A stretch of 64,000 bases of DNA from Eukaryota sp. GEM-RC1 (lineage: Eukaryota): NCBI GenBank assembly GCA_040285855.1, contig JAUFOQ010000002.1, positions 2,294,001-2,358,000 of the forward strand, in the 5' to 3' direction. Shown here piece by piece: positions 38,578 to 48,950 of the stretch. Below the pieces are notes generated by a model that was not told where the DNA came from, ran no database searches, and saw nothing but the letters and a program-made list of their open reading frames with translations. The position numbers and the translations under genes were made by a program. The stretch's first letter is position 1, and each line of letters starts with the position of its first letter.

Positions 38578-40724
38578 CTATGACAAATAACTGGGTCTAA
38601 CTCCTAGACCCCGCTCTAAATGATGCTCCACAATGGTCTTGATGTTGATACACGCTAACTTGTTACGATTCCAAACTTTGTCTTTGTCATCACATTCTTC
38701 TCTGCACTTCTCAGATTGACATCTCAACAACGCATGTAACTTCACCGTAGGCTTCTTTTCTTGTGTCTTGGGTCTAGGATTGTCAACTTCCATAAACACT
38801 TTAACTGGCCCCAAACAAGTAGGACACTTTGAAGATGTGTAACTCTCGTCTACCAAAACAATATTGTAACCATTTCTCCTAAAGAAGTTTCTCCACATCA
38901 CACCTCTACTTGATCGGAGATGTTTTAGGTTCTGCCTCTTATTACCATTGTCACCAAACATCAATACACAGTCATCTTTATTCCATCCTTTTGCAGTCAT
39001 ATTTTTCAACAACTTACTTTCTATTTTTTGAATATGGACGTATCTTTGCATTTTTGAATGCGCCATATCATCAAACAGTAGTAATCAAATGTTGATTCAA
39101 TAACTGTAAGTTTGGAACTCACATAGTCATAGAAGGTTTCATACACGGTCGACTTTGAATTTTCTTTGGACAATGTTGACTCTTCTTGTTCAACCGTTTT
39201 TTCATCTCGGAGAATAAATTCTTTTTTCTTTTCCCTTCTAAACTTTTGATGGACTCTGGACAATCTCGACCATTCTGTTTCTGTCAATCTTAGCCACTCG
39301 TATTCTTTGTTTCTCATTTCACGGGCTAAATTTTCAGGCTTTCTTATTTTTTCTGAACAGAAGTAGAGTAAATCCTTCTTGCCAGGATCAATGTACACTT
39401 TTGTTTTCAATGTAAACTCTTCAATATCATAGTCTTGAACATATTCATCAGTACTGGAGAACTTTTGTACTATCTGGTTTAAAGGACATTCCCACACAGT
39501 CCTCTCTAGTAAGTTCAATACAAACAGAGAAACCATCAGTTTTAATGGTATTGTTAAACTTATAACCTTTCTTTATAAATGGACGATTAAAATTGACAAA
39601 GTAAGACCAGAATTGATTTTGCTCAGCAGGAGACATGTGTCTAATTTCAGTTTGTGTATTCCACTCAGATCTGATTTTTTTCTCTTTAACCTGATGATTG
39701 GTTAATGTGGAACGTAATATTCCCCAAAGACCTTGTGTATCCACTTCAAAGAAGCCTGGAACCACGTGTCGAACAATCGGAATTATATTGTAAGTACTGG
39801 CTTCATCCTCTTCAAGAAAGTTATTTATCTGTATTGCTGATTTTAGAAAAGATTGTGGATGTTCATGTACCGCTTTAAGTAGAGAATCAATCTGTTTGTC
39901 TTCATAATCACCATTTGACTTTTGAATTTTAATTGATGGTGGGAAGAGGATATCAATGCAAACCTGATCTGAAAATAGTTCTAGAACAGTGTCGTGACTT
40001 TGAGCTAAAAGTTCAATTTTATCTTCTCTACTTAAGCTTTTTCATTGTCATCTTCAAGAATTATGGTATCACATTGTTCAATAAACTCTTGTATTTCTTC
40101 AGTAGTTTTTGGAATATCATTTCTATTCCTTTGAAGAAAAACATTTTTTATTTGTCTCAATCTCCAACGAAATACAGACTTTTCTTTTCTGGACATTTCT
40201 TCTTCAACACTATTTTTTTCAAACCAAACATTAATAAATTTGTCAATGTACTGCGGATATCGCATCTTAATGTTTGTGTTCAAATTTGTTTGTATTGTTT
40301 CACCAACCATTGCCATAAGTCGTGGAGAATGGTTAGCTGGAAATTGTGGAATACCACCATTGTCAATCATAACTTGTTTGTATTGATTTGTATCAAATTT
40401 TCTCAAGTCGTCATTAATTGTCGCATTTCCATTGTTTAGTTTAATCTTATGACGATCAGCAGAGATTTTTTTCAGCAACGTTTGAATGTGTTCAACCTCT
40501 TTCCTTGTAATTAATGGTAGTGGAAGCTCATTCTTATTTAAATACAATAAAAACAGCTTTAAACAATAAGAAGTGTGTATTCGTAGTTTATGAACCAATA
40601 GAGCATAAAAATTCAACAACAATTCCAGTCCTGTGTGTTTTGCAATAGACTTCAGTGTAGTCTTATGTGTGACAAAAGTGGAACGAACTATTTTATTTGA
40701 TTGAAATAATAAAAACAACTTCAA
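38578..40724 (-). CDS. Fanzor (TnpB-derived RNA-guided RuvC nuclease), C-terminal part of a polyprotein; three A-run frameshifts
   Basis: FVTHKTTLKSI N-terminus, FNNTIKTDGFSVC, RuvC-I IDPGKKDLL, VLMFGD, RuvC-II VDESYTSSKCPTC, zinc finger LLRCQSEKC, RuvC-III WNRN(D>N)KLACINI and RPSYL tail. Confidence 0.9.
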
Positions 40725-41440
40725 TGCTAGTACACTGTCTTTGAAACATTAGTTTAGAACTTCTTGAGGTCGTCTACTAACACAATCAATAGGCAATAAG
40801 TGTTCAAATTTGTCATGAAGACGTCCTTTAGATTCATTTAATAAAAACCAACTTAAAGATCTTAATGATCTTGAACATTTGATAGCAATAAATTGTTTAG
40901 CATAGAGGTAAGAATCACATACAGCTCTACCAGCCCATTCAGTACAAACACGTTGCCATAAAGGTGACAAATGTGATTTTGTGGTATCATCTAGCATTGG
41001 TTCTGGAAAGTCTATTCCAAAAGCATCAATTCTATTGTCTAGAACAACATTATGAAAATTAGTAATGTTAAATCCAGTCAAAACAGACGGATTTTTATCA
41101 GTCAAATAGTTGACAAAAAACTCTAGTAACTGTTTTTCATCTTCAAAGAAGAAAAGGCTATGGCAATCAGTTGGATTTTCAACCTCTGAAAAGACAGTTG
41201 ATTCTTCTGAAGTCGCAACAAAGCTTTCTTGGAGGTAAAACTCATCCTTAATAAAATGACCGAACACTCCAGAAATCATGAACACTTGTTGTTTTTCAAT
41301 CCAAGCATCTCTTTTTGAATCACTTTGATTTTTTTAAAACATCATTATGTTCTTGTCTTTGATCATTCAAATTCTTCGTAAGTTTCTCCGCAGGTAATTG
41401 ATCAACTTCTCTTGTTTCAATATCAAACGACAAAATTGAA
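40725..41440 (-). CDS. B-family DNA polymerase-type 3'-5' exonuclease domain, in frame with Fanzor
   Basis: ExoI SFDIET, EKQLLEFF, ExoII GFNITNFH, GRAVCDSY, SLRSLS and ExoIII VLN*CFKD (TAA where YCxxD has Tyr). No polymerase domain follows. Confidence 0.82.
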
Positions 41441-41877
41441 CAAGAGTTAGAGTCTTCTGGTAATTCGGAATTACAATGAAAGTCAATCATTTGTTTCTTA
41501 GGAGGTTTAAGACTCTTGGTAGCATGAGTTTTACCACTTGCTTTTGGTTTGGTTGTAGACTTTTTGGATTTGCCAACTTTTGTTGTACTCTTAGCTGGTG
41601 TCTTTGTGGTTTCGGTTTTCTCACAAGCAGCAACGTTTATTTTAGGAGTTGTCAAATTTATTGGAGCTAAAGTCTCTAACTTTGGACGAATCAAAGATTC
41701 CTGAAACAATTCTTCAGCTTCTTGAAGTGCTTGTTGTATCATGTGCAACTTCAAACGACGTCTCTTTTGTCGGTTAGACAAATCACCTGGTAAACTATTT
41801 AGAAATTCTTTATGAGTCACATTTGGAACCCCTATATCAGAATCACTGGGCTTACGTATAATCCTTTTTGACTTTTT

Positions 41878-42645
41878 TTAAGCAACTTTGTCAGTTTTTT
41901 TATATTTGCGTGTTCGCTTAATTTTGGTTTGTCCAGATATCCGGTTTCTACTTGTAGGAGGTTGTAGAGATTGAAGGTACACTTTTATTTCTTGTCTACT
42001 CTCCCTAGTATTGATAGGTTGTTGAATCATTCTATCAGCAGCATGGAGAAGAGATTGATCTGTGAATTGGTTTGAAGTCAGAAGTTCAATAAGTCCTCGC
42101 ATAAACTGAAGAACATATACTCCACAATCATTTGTTGTTTGTTTCTGTAGCACTGGAACAATAATGAGCTGAAACTGGAGTTGATGAAGAATTTCATGTA
42201 TTTTTGAAATATCTTGATTCAAATAAGAGTCAATTTCATTTAAATTTTTATCAACATCCTGTCTGTGAATTTCAGCATCATAAAGAGGATCGAGAAATAT
42301 CACTTGTAGATCATTTTTATCAATTACAATCAAACCCCAATGTAAACCAGTCATTGCATCATTTATTGGAAGAAAAAGATATCTAGAATCTGTCGCAAGC
42401 ATCTTGTTCATGAAAAACTCGTGGAGAGATTGAGTTTCATCAACTAAATATGATTGAATAGATTCAGGAGTTACAAAGGCATTGAAATCAATTTTGTATA
42501 CGTCCATCAAATGACGAGAGTACCAATTGACACATTCTTCTGCAATCGATTCTTCAGCTGACAACGATTTGATTGCTTCTGAAACCTCTTGTAATTGAGT
42601 TTTTGTCAGTTTGTTAGGATCTGGAATTTCATCAGTAGATGACAT
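41878..42645 (-). CDS. ULP1/SENP-like (C48) cysteine protease domain 2
   Basis: FLPIN...HWGLIVID...FLDPL...QTTNDCGVYVL (His, Asp, Gln and Cys all present). Confidence 0.88.
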   Translation of the reverse strand: MSSTDEIPDPNKLTKTQLQEVSEAIKSLSAEESIAEECVNWYSRHLMDVYKIDFNAFVTPESIQSYLVDETQSLHEFFMNKMLATDSRYLFLPINDAMTGLHWGLIVIDKNDLQVIFLDPLYDAEIHRQDVDKNLNEIDSYLNQDISKIHEILHQLQFQLIIVPVLQKQTTNDCGVYVLQFMRGLIELLTSNQFTDQSLLHAADRMIQQPINTRESRQEIKVYLQSLQPPTSRNRISGQTKIKRTRKYKKTDKVA

Positions 42646-42676
42646 CAGTGTAGAAGGTTCAGATAAATCAGAAGTA

Positions 42677-43549
42677 TTAGCAGTCTTCTATCTTTTTTTT
42701 GGCCGGTTGTTTAGTTTTAGGACCTTTTTTCTTTCTTGCATCTGGTTTTTTGGGTTTATGACGTTGTTGAAAAGGTGTAGAATGAACTGAAAAGTATTTG
42801 TTTAAGATTTGTCTAGCACGTTCAGCCCTCTCTGCTGATTGAGTAGTCAAAATATGAGTCAAAACTTCTTTCCTCATTTTTAGAGCATCATAGTCTTGGC
42901 TTATTACGAGTCTGGTTAAAATTTCTTTAAAATCGATAGATGAACAATCGATAGATGAGTCTGTTAAGGTAACAAACTTTTTAATGTACATAAGAATAAA
43001 AGGTCCACAATCGTTTTCAGTTTGCTCTTGCTTTACAAATAGTTTATCCCGATACACAAATTTCGCATCATTAAACAAATTTAACTGTAACCGTTGGACA
43101 ACTTTTTAACTACGAGTTAACCGTTTTTGAGCCCGGAATTGTTCTAAGTCTTCTAAGTGTTGTTGCTCAGTAAACAGTGAGTCAATTGAATAAATCAGTC
43201 GGTCTTTAATATCACAAACTAGAATTGTCCAATGAGTTGGAATTCCACCAAAGAGACCATCATTTACTGGCATGAATATAAATCGTTTCGCAGGAACACC
43301 TTCTTTCATTGTTGTGATAAGATAATTGAATTTCCTTAGTAACAGCTGATAGTGGAAGACTGCTATTGCCCCAAGCATATCATTAATTGGGAAATATTGA
43401 CAACAATGACTACTTTGAGTAAGGAAATCACCGTATAAGCCAATTACATCATCATTAATCCATACTTTGGGCTTTAAAGTGTCGATGTTGTCCCAAGCAG
43501 GAGCAGGAACAGGTCTCAGTTGCTCATCTCTAAGGTCATCTGTAAGAGA
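42677..43549 (-). CDS. ULP1/SENP-like (C48) cysteine protease domain 1 (one in-frame TAA at 43106)
   Basis: WINDDVI, FMPVN..HWTILVCD..IDSL and QTENDCGPFIL. Confidence 0.88.
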
Positions 43550-43594
43550 AGGTCCTGGATTGGACTCTATGTCTCCATCCGTGGTTAAATCATG
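43550..43594 (-). other. 2A-like ribosome-skipping (StopGo) peptide HDLTTDGDIESNPG/P
   Basis: Exact match to the D(V/I)ExNPGP consensus with a typical upstream DLT..GD context. Confidence 0.9.
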
Positions 43595-43642
43595 AACAAA
43601 CTGTGATGACTGTTGATTAAAATGACTGTTGAGAAATGACGA

Positions 43643-43883
43643 GTGATAGTGCGAGTAACTTAATCCTGTTACTATCACCCGAAACACCTTGTGGTGTTTG
43701 AGTACAGAGAATCCTAATGAATTAGAAGAAAAACATACAGAGTGATAGTGCAAGTAACTTAATCCTGTTACTATCACCCGAAACACTTTGCAGTGTTTGG
43801 AGAGCATCAAATAAGAAGAAAAAGGTGATAGTGCGAGTAACTGAATCCTGTTACCATCACCCGAAACACTTTGCAGTGTTTGG
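43643..43883 (-). repeat. Three copies of an about 58-nt two-hairpin RNA-like element in the polyprotein 5' region
   Basis: Copies at 43643-43700, 43742-43800 and 43825-43883; compensatory base changes in the stems. Confidence 0.85.
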
Positions 43884-43929
43884 AAGCGAAAAAGGGAATG
43901 AAAAAGATACAGGTCAAAAAGATTTCAAC

Positions 43930-43937
43930 TATTTATA
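43930..43937 (-). promoter_or_regulatory. TATA box candidate for the polyprotein transcript
   Basis: TATAAATA about 47 nt upstream of the first structured repeat, followed by a pyrimidine-rich tcattc initiator-like stretch. Confidence 0.45.
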
Positions 43938-44097
43938 GCTGATGTTGACACTGACAACTTGACATTATGGCATCTTCATCATATGTTGTACTGGTCTTCT
44001 CTTCATCACTCAAATGCAAGAAATTGGACACATCATATAAATAAAACAAACCATAAGAACTACTGCTACATTTTCAACACATAGATGTTGATTTTGT

Positions 44098-44200
44098 TCA
44101 ACATTTGTAATGACAATACTTGTAGATACAACATTTGTTATGACAATATTGGTAGATACAACATTTGTAATGACAATATTTGTAGATACAACATTTGTAG
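44098..44200. repeat. 30-bp tandem repeat (about 3.5 copies; caacatttgtaatgacaatatttgtagata)
   Basis: Directly visible in the sequence. Confidence 0.9.
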
Positions 44201-44213
44201 GGATAGACTATAT

Positions 44214-44671
44214 CAGTGTTTGAAAACCACCCGGGTGGAAATGAAAACCACCCGGGTGGCACTCGGTTCCACCCACCACCCGGGTGGCGTCTGGGTGGTA
44301 CTGGGTGGATAATTTTGGTCATACCATCATCTTCAATCCATGACTTCCTGAATACATACTTCGATGTTCAACGTGTCCTGAATACAATTATTTTAACGGG
44401 AGTTATTTCTAGGCTCGGATAGGCTAATATCATCTTATTTATTTATTTTTCAGAGGGTTGTTTTAATCCCAACCCTGTACAAAGTTCTTCATTGTTAGTT
44501 ATTTTATATCACACACTGCTAAAGTACTTTAATTTTCATCGTATATGGTGTATAAAGTAGTTTTTGCACCAAAACTTATGTCTCGTTCTTTAATGCCGGT
44601 GGAAATGAAAACCACCCGGACGCCACCCGGTTCCACCCACCACCCGGGTGGCGTCCGGGTGGAAAATTTTC
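44214..44671. mobile_element. hAT-type MITE (458 bp) with palindromic ccacccgggtgg subterminal repeats
   Basis: Perfect 8-bp TSD gactatat (44206-44213 and 44672-44679); left end cagtgtttgaaaa; right TIR truncated to ttttc. Confidence 0.75.
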
Positions 44672-44887
44672 GACTATATACACCGCACGACATTTTACTC
44701 TTTACACGACATTCTTGTTTATGTCGTGTCCCAAGCTGATTTCTCTTGCATCATTCTTCCCTGTTTCATATCAAACCATAGTACACTAAAACACGTGTTC
44801 TTCCAGTAACAACACGTTCAATCTATGATCAAAGGTGATTATGTGGAAAGAACATCCTTCGATTTAAATCACAAATCGTTTGTTCAC

Positions 44888-45131
44888 ATGCAGATCTTCG
44901 TTAAAACTCTCACCGGCAAAACCATCAATCATCAATGTTAAAGTCGAAGGAGCTACTGATACCATTGAATCGGTCAAGGAAAAAATCCAAGATCAGGAAG
45001 GAATCCCACCTAGACAGCAAGTGTTGAGCTTTGAGGATCAGAAACTTGAAGATGATCGTACTCTACAGGACTACAACATTCAGGAAGAGTCTACCCTTTT
45101 TCTTGTCCTCCGTCTCCGAGGTCGTATCTAA
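44888..45131 (+). pseudogene. Divergent ubiquitin-like gene disrupted by a 7-bp duplication
   Basis: [13 protein letters not shown]...EGIPP...[22 protein letters not shown]; catcaat duplicated at 44923-44936; no C-terminal GG. Confidence 0.85.
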
Positions 45132-45316
45132 GTTTGTACATATTTAATAAACTTATTGTACCCACTATATCAATGCACATTCTATGAGCAGATTACCGTA
45201 CATATGACATTTTAATGACGACATAGTTAATTCACGGACGTTCACGAAACACAAGTCTTCAAATTGTACTGACATCAATTCAAATCGAATTGTGTTCAAC
45301 AGATTCCTCACTAATA

Positions 45317-46367
45317 ATGCTTACTGAAAAGAAGTCCGCAATCTTACTCGTCGTCTTGCTGATACTGAAAAGCCTATCCGTGACGCTGCTTTCGATGAGC
45401 TTAAGTCAGTACTTGCTCATGAAGATCTCACTGATATCGACTTGAAACGAGTTTCATTAGGTCTTTTTTATGATATCTGGCACTCAGACAAACCCCTAGT
45501 CCAGAACAGTCTCTGTGAATCAATTGCATCCTTTGTAACATCCCTACAACCATCAAAGTCCAACAAGTTCTTCTCTGTCTTTCTTCCCATTCTTGGTAAG
45601 GAATGGGGTGGTATTGATCAGTACCGTTTAGACAAGTACATGTATCTCATTAGACTTTTCATTCGGGGAGCATTAGAACAGTCTATTGTTTCTGATGATA
45701 CTGCTGAACTCTTTGGAGAGACTCTAACCGCCCTACTGTCGGATGAATCTGTCATTCCGTTTGGTTTTCAATGTCATGTTTGCGATGTATTTCCAGAAGA
45801 AGTTGAGACAGTATTCAAGACGTCTCCAAATCCCAACACGTGTCTTCCTTTCCTCTACTGTTTTGTTATCTGTCTGTCAAAGTGTAAGAACAAGTTGCTT
45901 CGAACCGAGTATGGACAGTGTTTGAATGGTGTTGTATCGTTTTTATTTAACTTAATGGATGAAGAGGAAGCAAATGAAGAAGCTGTTGTGTTATCAATGT
46001 CTTTGTCTGAAATTCTGTTTTATTACGCATCATCAGTAACTGAAGTTGTTGGTCCTGCTAGAAAGATCATGTATGACGTTGCAGATCGCATTGGTAAGAA
46101 ACTTGACATTCCCTTAGGATCTCTTTCAAAGCTTGATGGAAATGCCAACGGAGAAGAGGAGGAGGAAGAACCTTTTCCGAAGGCGAGCTAAGTGGTAGTG
46201 ACAGTGATGAAGAAGAGAGTCAGGATGAAGGCAGTCAAGATGATGAAGGGGAAGAGGAAAGCAGTTCTGAAGAGGAGGGATCGTTGTTACTTCTAGCAAA
46301 TGTAGAGAAACTAAGGAGGACTAGTACAAAGTCATCGAATATACCTAAAAAGAAGCGAAAGCAATAA
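45317..46367 (+). CDS. RRP1: rRNA processing protein RRP1/NOP52 (indels near both ends)
   Basis: GLFYDIWHSDKPLVQ and EWGGIDQYRLDKYMYLIR; acidic/basic tail. Confidence 0.88.
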
Positions 46368-46389
46368 GATAGTTGAAGAATTTAAATAT

Positions 46390-47622
46390 TTATTTAATTA
46401 TCTGATAGCAGACTTCTATTTTCATGTTCTGAAATAATAGCACTCTCGAGTGCTCGGATAAACTCCCAACTGACAGAATATCTTTAGATTTGGCAAAGAA
46501 TGCAAATGCAATAAATGGAAGTTTCCTTAAAGTCCTACCTGAAAACCCAAAAGCTTTTTCAGAAGCAGTGAGTAACTGTTTCCCAACATCTGAATCACAG
46601 TTCTCGGGTTCAAGTGGTAGTTCTTCCGGTAATAACAAATGAGATTCAATTAAAGATGTTATACTTTGTCGGAATAAAGTGTAGATAACTCTAACTGAAG
46701 GTGGTCCGAGATAGACCTTTAAATCAGCACGATCAACAAATGCCAAGTCTACAGCAGAAGTGATATTAGTCGTACATGTAATCAAGACATTGGGAAGTTT
46801 CCCGATTCGATCAATCTGAGTGAGAAGAGCATTAACAACTCTAATAGCATCACTGGGTTCACTCCCACTCAGAGCAGCTTTACGAGAAGCAGACAGAGAT
46901 TCTACCTCATCGATTAACACAACTATAAAAGTACCAGAATCAGCCAGCATGTCAAATATTGAATCAAACAACCGAAGGACAAGTTTACCTGACTCTGAGA
47001 ACCATCGGGAGAACAGAGAGTGTGCATTGATTTCGACAAGATAAGATGAATGATACCGTTTCTTAAGAACAATTGAGAGTTTGTGGGCTAGTGCTTTACA
47101 TAGAGATGTTTTACCTGATCCCGGAGGTCCATGAAGTAATACGACGCGATTCCATGTCACATAGTTTGAGTTTACTTTGGCATCGGAGAATCTCAGAGCA
47201 GTTTCGGAGTACCTTAAGAGACGATTTTTGATCTCTTGGTCGTAGATTAGAGCTTCCCACATTCCATCGAAGTGGAGAGAGGGTAGAGGCCAGTTAATGA
47301 GAGCAGGAGTTTCTCCGTCCTCGCCATCATCTTCTAGAGTCTCTGATTCTCCACCAGTGGTGTTTAGAACAAAAGAGGTAATGTGAAACTTTGCTTGATG
47401 AAAGAAAACAACATTAGAAGAACAGTCATCAAAATCTGCTACACGGAGAGCGTGTAGGTTTTGGTTAAGGAAATCATCACGTGAGAAAGAGACTGGGCCT
47501 GGTTGTAAGATATAACACGATGTGGAGAGAAATTTGGTAACAGCAGAGGATATATTACAAGATGTTATCCTACAGGTCGGAAGTAGAGATACTTCTACGT
47601 GGACAGAGACTGGCTCTGACAT
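46390..47622 (-). CDS. PCH2: Pachytene checkpoint AAA+ ATPase PCH2/TRIP13
   Basis: WNRVVLLHGPPGSGKTSLCKALA, EINAHSLFSRWFSESGKLV, LIDEVESL and EPSDAIRVVNALLTQID. Confidence 0.95.
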   Translation of the reverse strand: MSEPVSVHVEVSLLPTCRITSCNISSAVTKFLSTSCYILQPGPVSFSRDDFLNQNLHALRVADFDDCSSNVVFFHQAKFHITSFVLNTTGGESETLEDDGEDGETPALINWPLPSLHFDGMWEALIYDQEIKNRLLRYSETALRFSDAKVNSNYVTWNRVVLLHGPPGSGKTSLCKALAHKLSIVLKKRYHSSYLVEINAHSLFSRWFSESGKLVLRLFDSIFDMLADSGTFIVVLIDEVESLSASRKAALSGSEPSDAIRVVNALLTQIDRIGKLPNVLITCTTNITSAVDLAFVDRADLKVYLGPPSVRVIYTLFRQSITSLIESHLLLPEELPLEPENCDSDVGKQLLTASEKAFGFSGRTLRKLPFIAFAFFAKSKDILSVGSLSEHSRVLLFQNMKIEVCYQIIK

Positions 47623-47881
47623 AATGCCGGCAAAATGAATAGTTGTTGTGTCCTTGAAATGTTCCATAAACAATTACCGGTATTTCTCCAGAGTAAACGA
47701 TTGAATCCTAAATATAACCGTTTATGCAGTGGGTTAAGTACAATGAGATAGGTTAGAATGGAAGTCCATTTTGCTATCACTATAAAACCTACTCAAGAAC
47801 CCAACTTACTCTTTTCTACAAATTCAACACTTTTCACCTAAGAATTATAACATAATCGTTTTCTTTGGAATAGTTTGGTGA

Positions 47882-48743
47882 TCAGTATTGATCATAACAT
47901 TCAGTCAGAAACACAAGCAATCCCCTAATTTCTTCTCTAGATAATCCATAATCTTGGGGATCATTTAGAATTTGACTGACTAGATCTCGAAAGTCTTTCA
48001 CTAACACTCGATGTTTGACTTTCGTAAACAGTTGTGGATGCTTCATGGCACTTTCATACAGGTATATCATCCCAGCCATTCGAGTGGACTGATCTTGAAG
48101 CCATGATACAATTATTGGCAGTATTATTTCCATTGAACTCTCTAAATTTAGTTTTCGGGTTCTTAATACCTTCTAACGTGTTAAATTCATCTTCACTGAC
48201 GTTTCGTAGGCGATTTTGGAACTCCTGATTATACAAGTTGTTTTGAAAGCGGAGAACTAGTTGGTGGAGATTTTGTGGTTGTTGTACACTAAGCGGTGTG
48301 ATGAATCCAGTACTTGGAGTTGGTAGAGGCTGTGAGGGAAGACGAGATACTTCTGATGGAAATTGTCCAGTTCTAATGTCAGACTATGAGAAACATACGT
48401 TGCCATCAGGTCACTGTCTTCTTGAGCAATCAGAGGATGTGTGTTGGAATCCAGTTTCTCATTGAGCAGTTCTGATAATCGATTCAGAGCACCAATGACA
48501 TTCTTGAGATTTGCATGATGTTGCAGATGCCATTTGTAGGATGCTTCTTGATGTTTCGCAAGACGCTTGTTCTGTTCTCGTAGCTTTTCCAGTGCTTTAC
48601 CAACATCTTCAGTTTGACTGGACATTAGTGCCGGGAAAAATTCAGTTTTCTCCATTTCCCTCCTCTCACCTTCAGTGATCATCTTCAAAGTCCGTCTGTG
48701 ATCGCTCTCCTGTCTCGCATCGTGATTTTGGAATTACTGACAT
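47882..48743 (-). CDS. Hypothetical protein (interrupted by intron or indels)
   Basis: Collinear ORFs 48257-48688, 48054-48236 and 47882-48133. Confidence 0.45.
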
Positions 48744-48950
48744 AATGAAGCTTCGTCAAATAAATACTCCAAAAAATCAAACAAAACGATCAACTCTTTT
48801 ATCACACAAATCAATTAGAAATGGAACTGATAACACTCAAACAGAAGAATATCCGTAATAAAAACCGAAAAACTTAACAAAACGATATGCAAGCTCATCT
48901 AAAAAGCACAAAACAAGAATAATCCAACACAACAATTTCTATATCATTCT

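Noticed and set aside
38578..43807. Polinton/Maverick, Helitron or endogenous giant virus
   Set aside because: No polymerase domain, integrase, capsid, packaging ATPase, HUH Rep or helicase is visible, and there are no long TIRs.
43643..43883. CRISPR-like repeat-spacer guide array
   Set aside because: There are only three units, the spacers differ in length (about 24 and 41 nt) and share tttttcttct, so they look like tandem duplication products. Kept as a structured RNA repeat instead.
44085..44739. ORFs with CRYNICND or HHPGG repeats
   Set aside because: These are translations of a minisatellite and MITE subterminal repeats.
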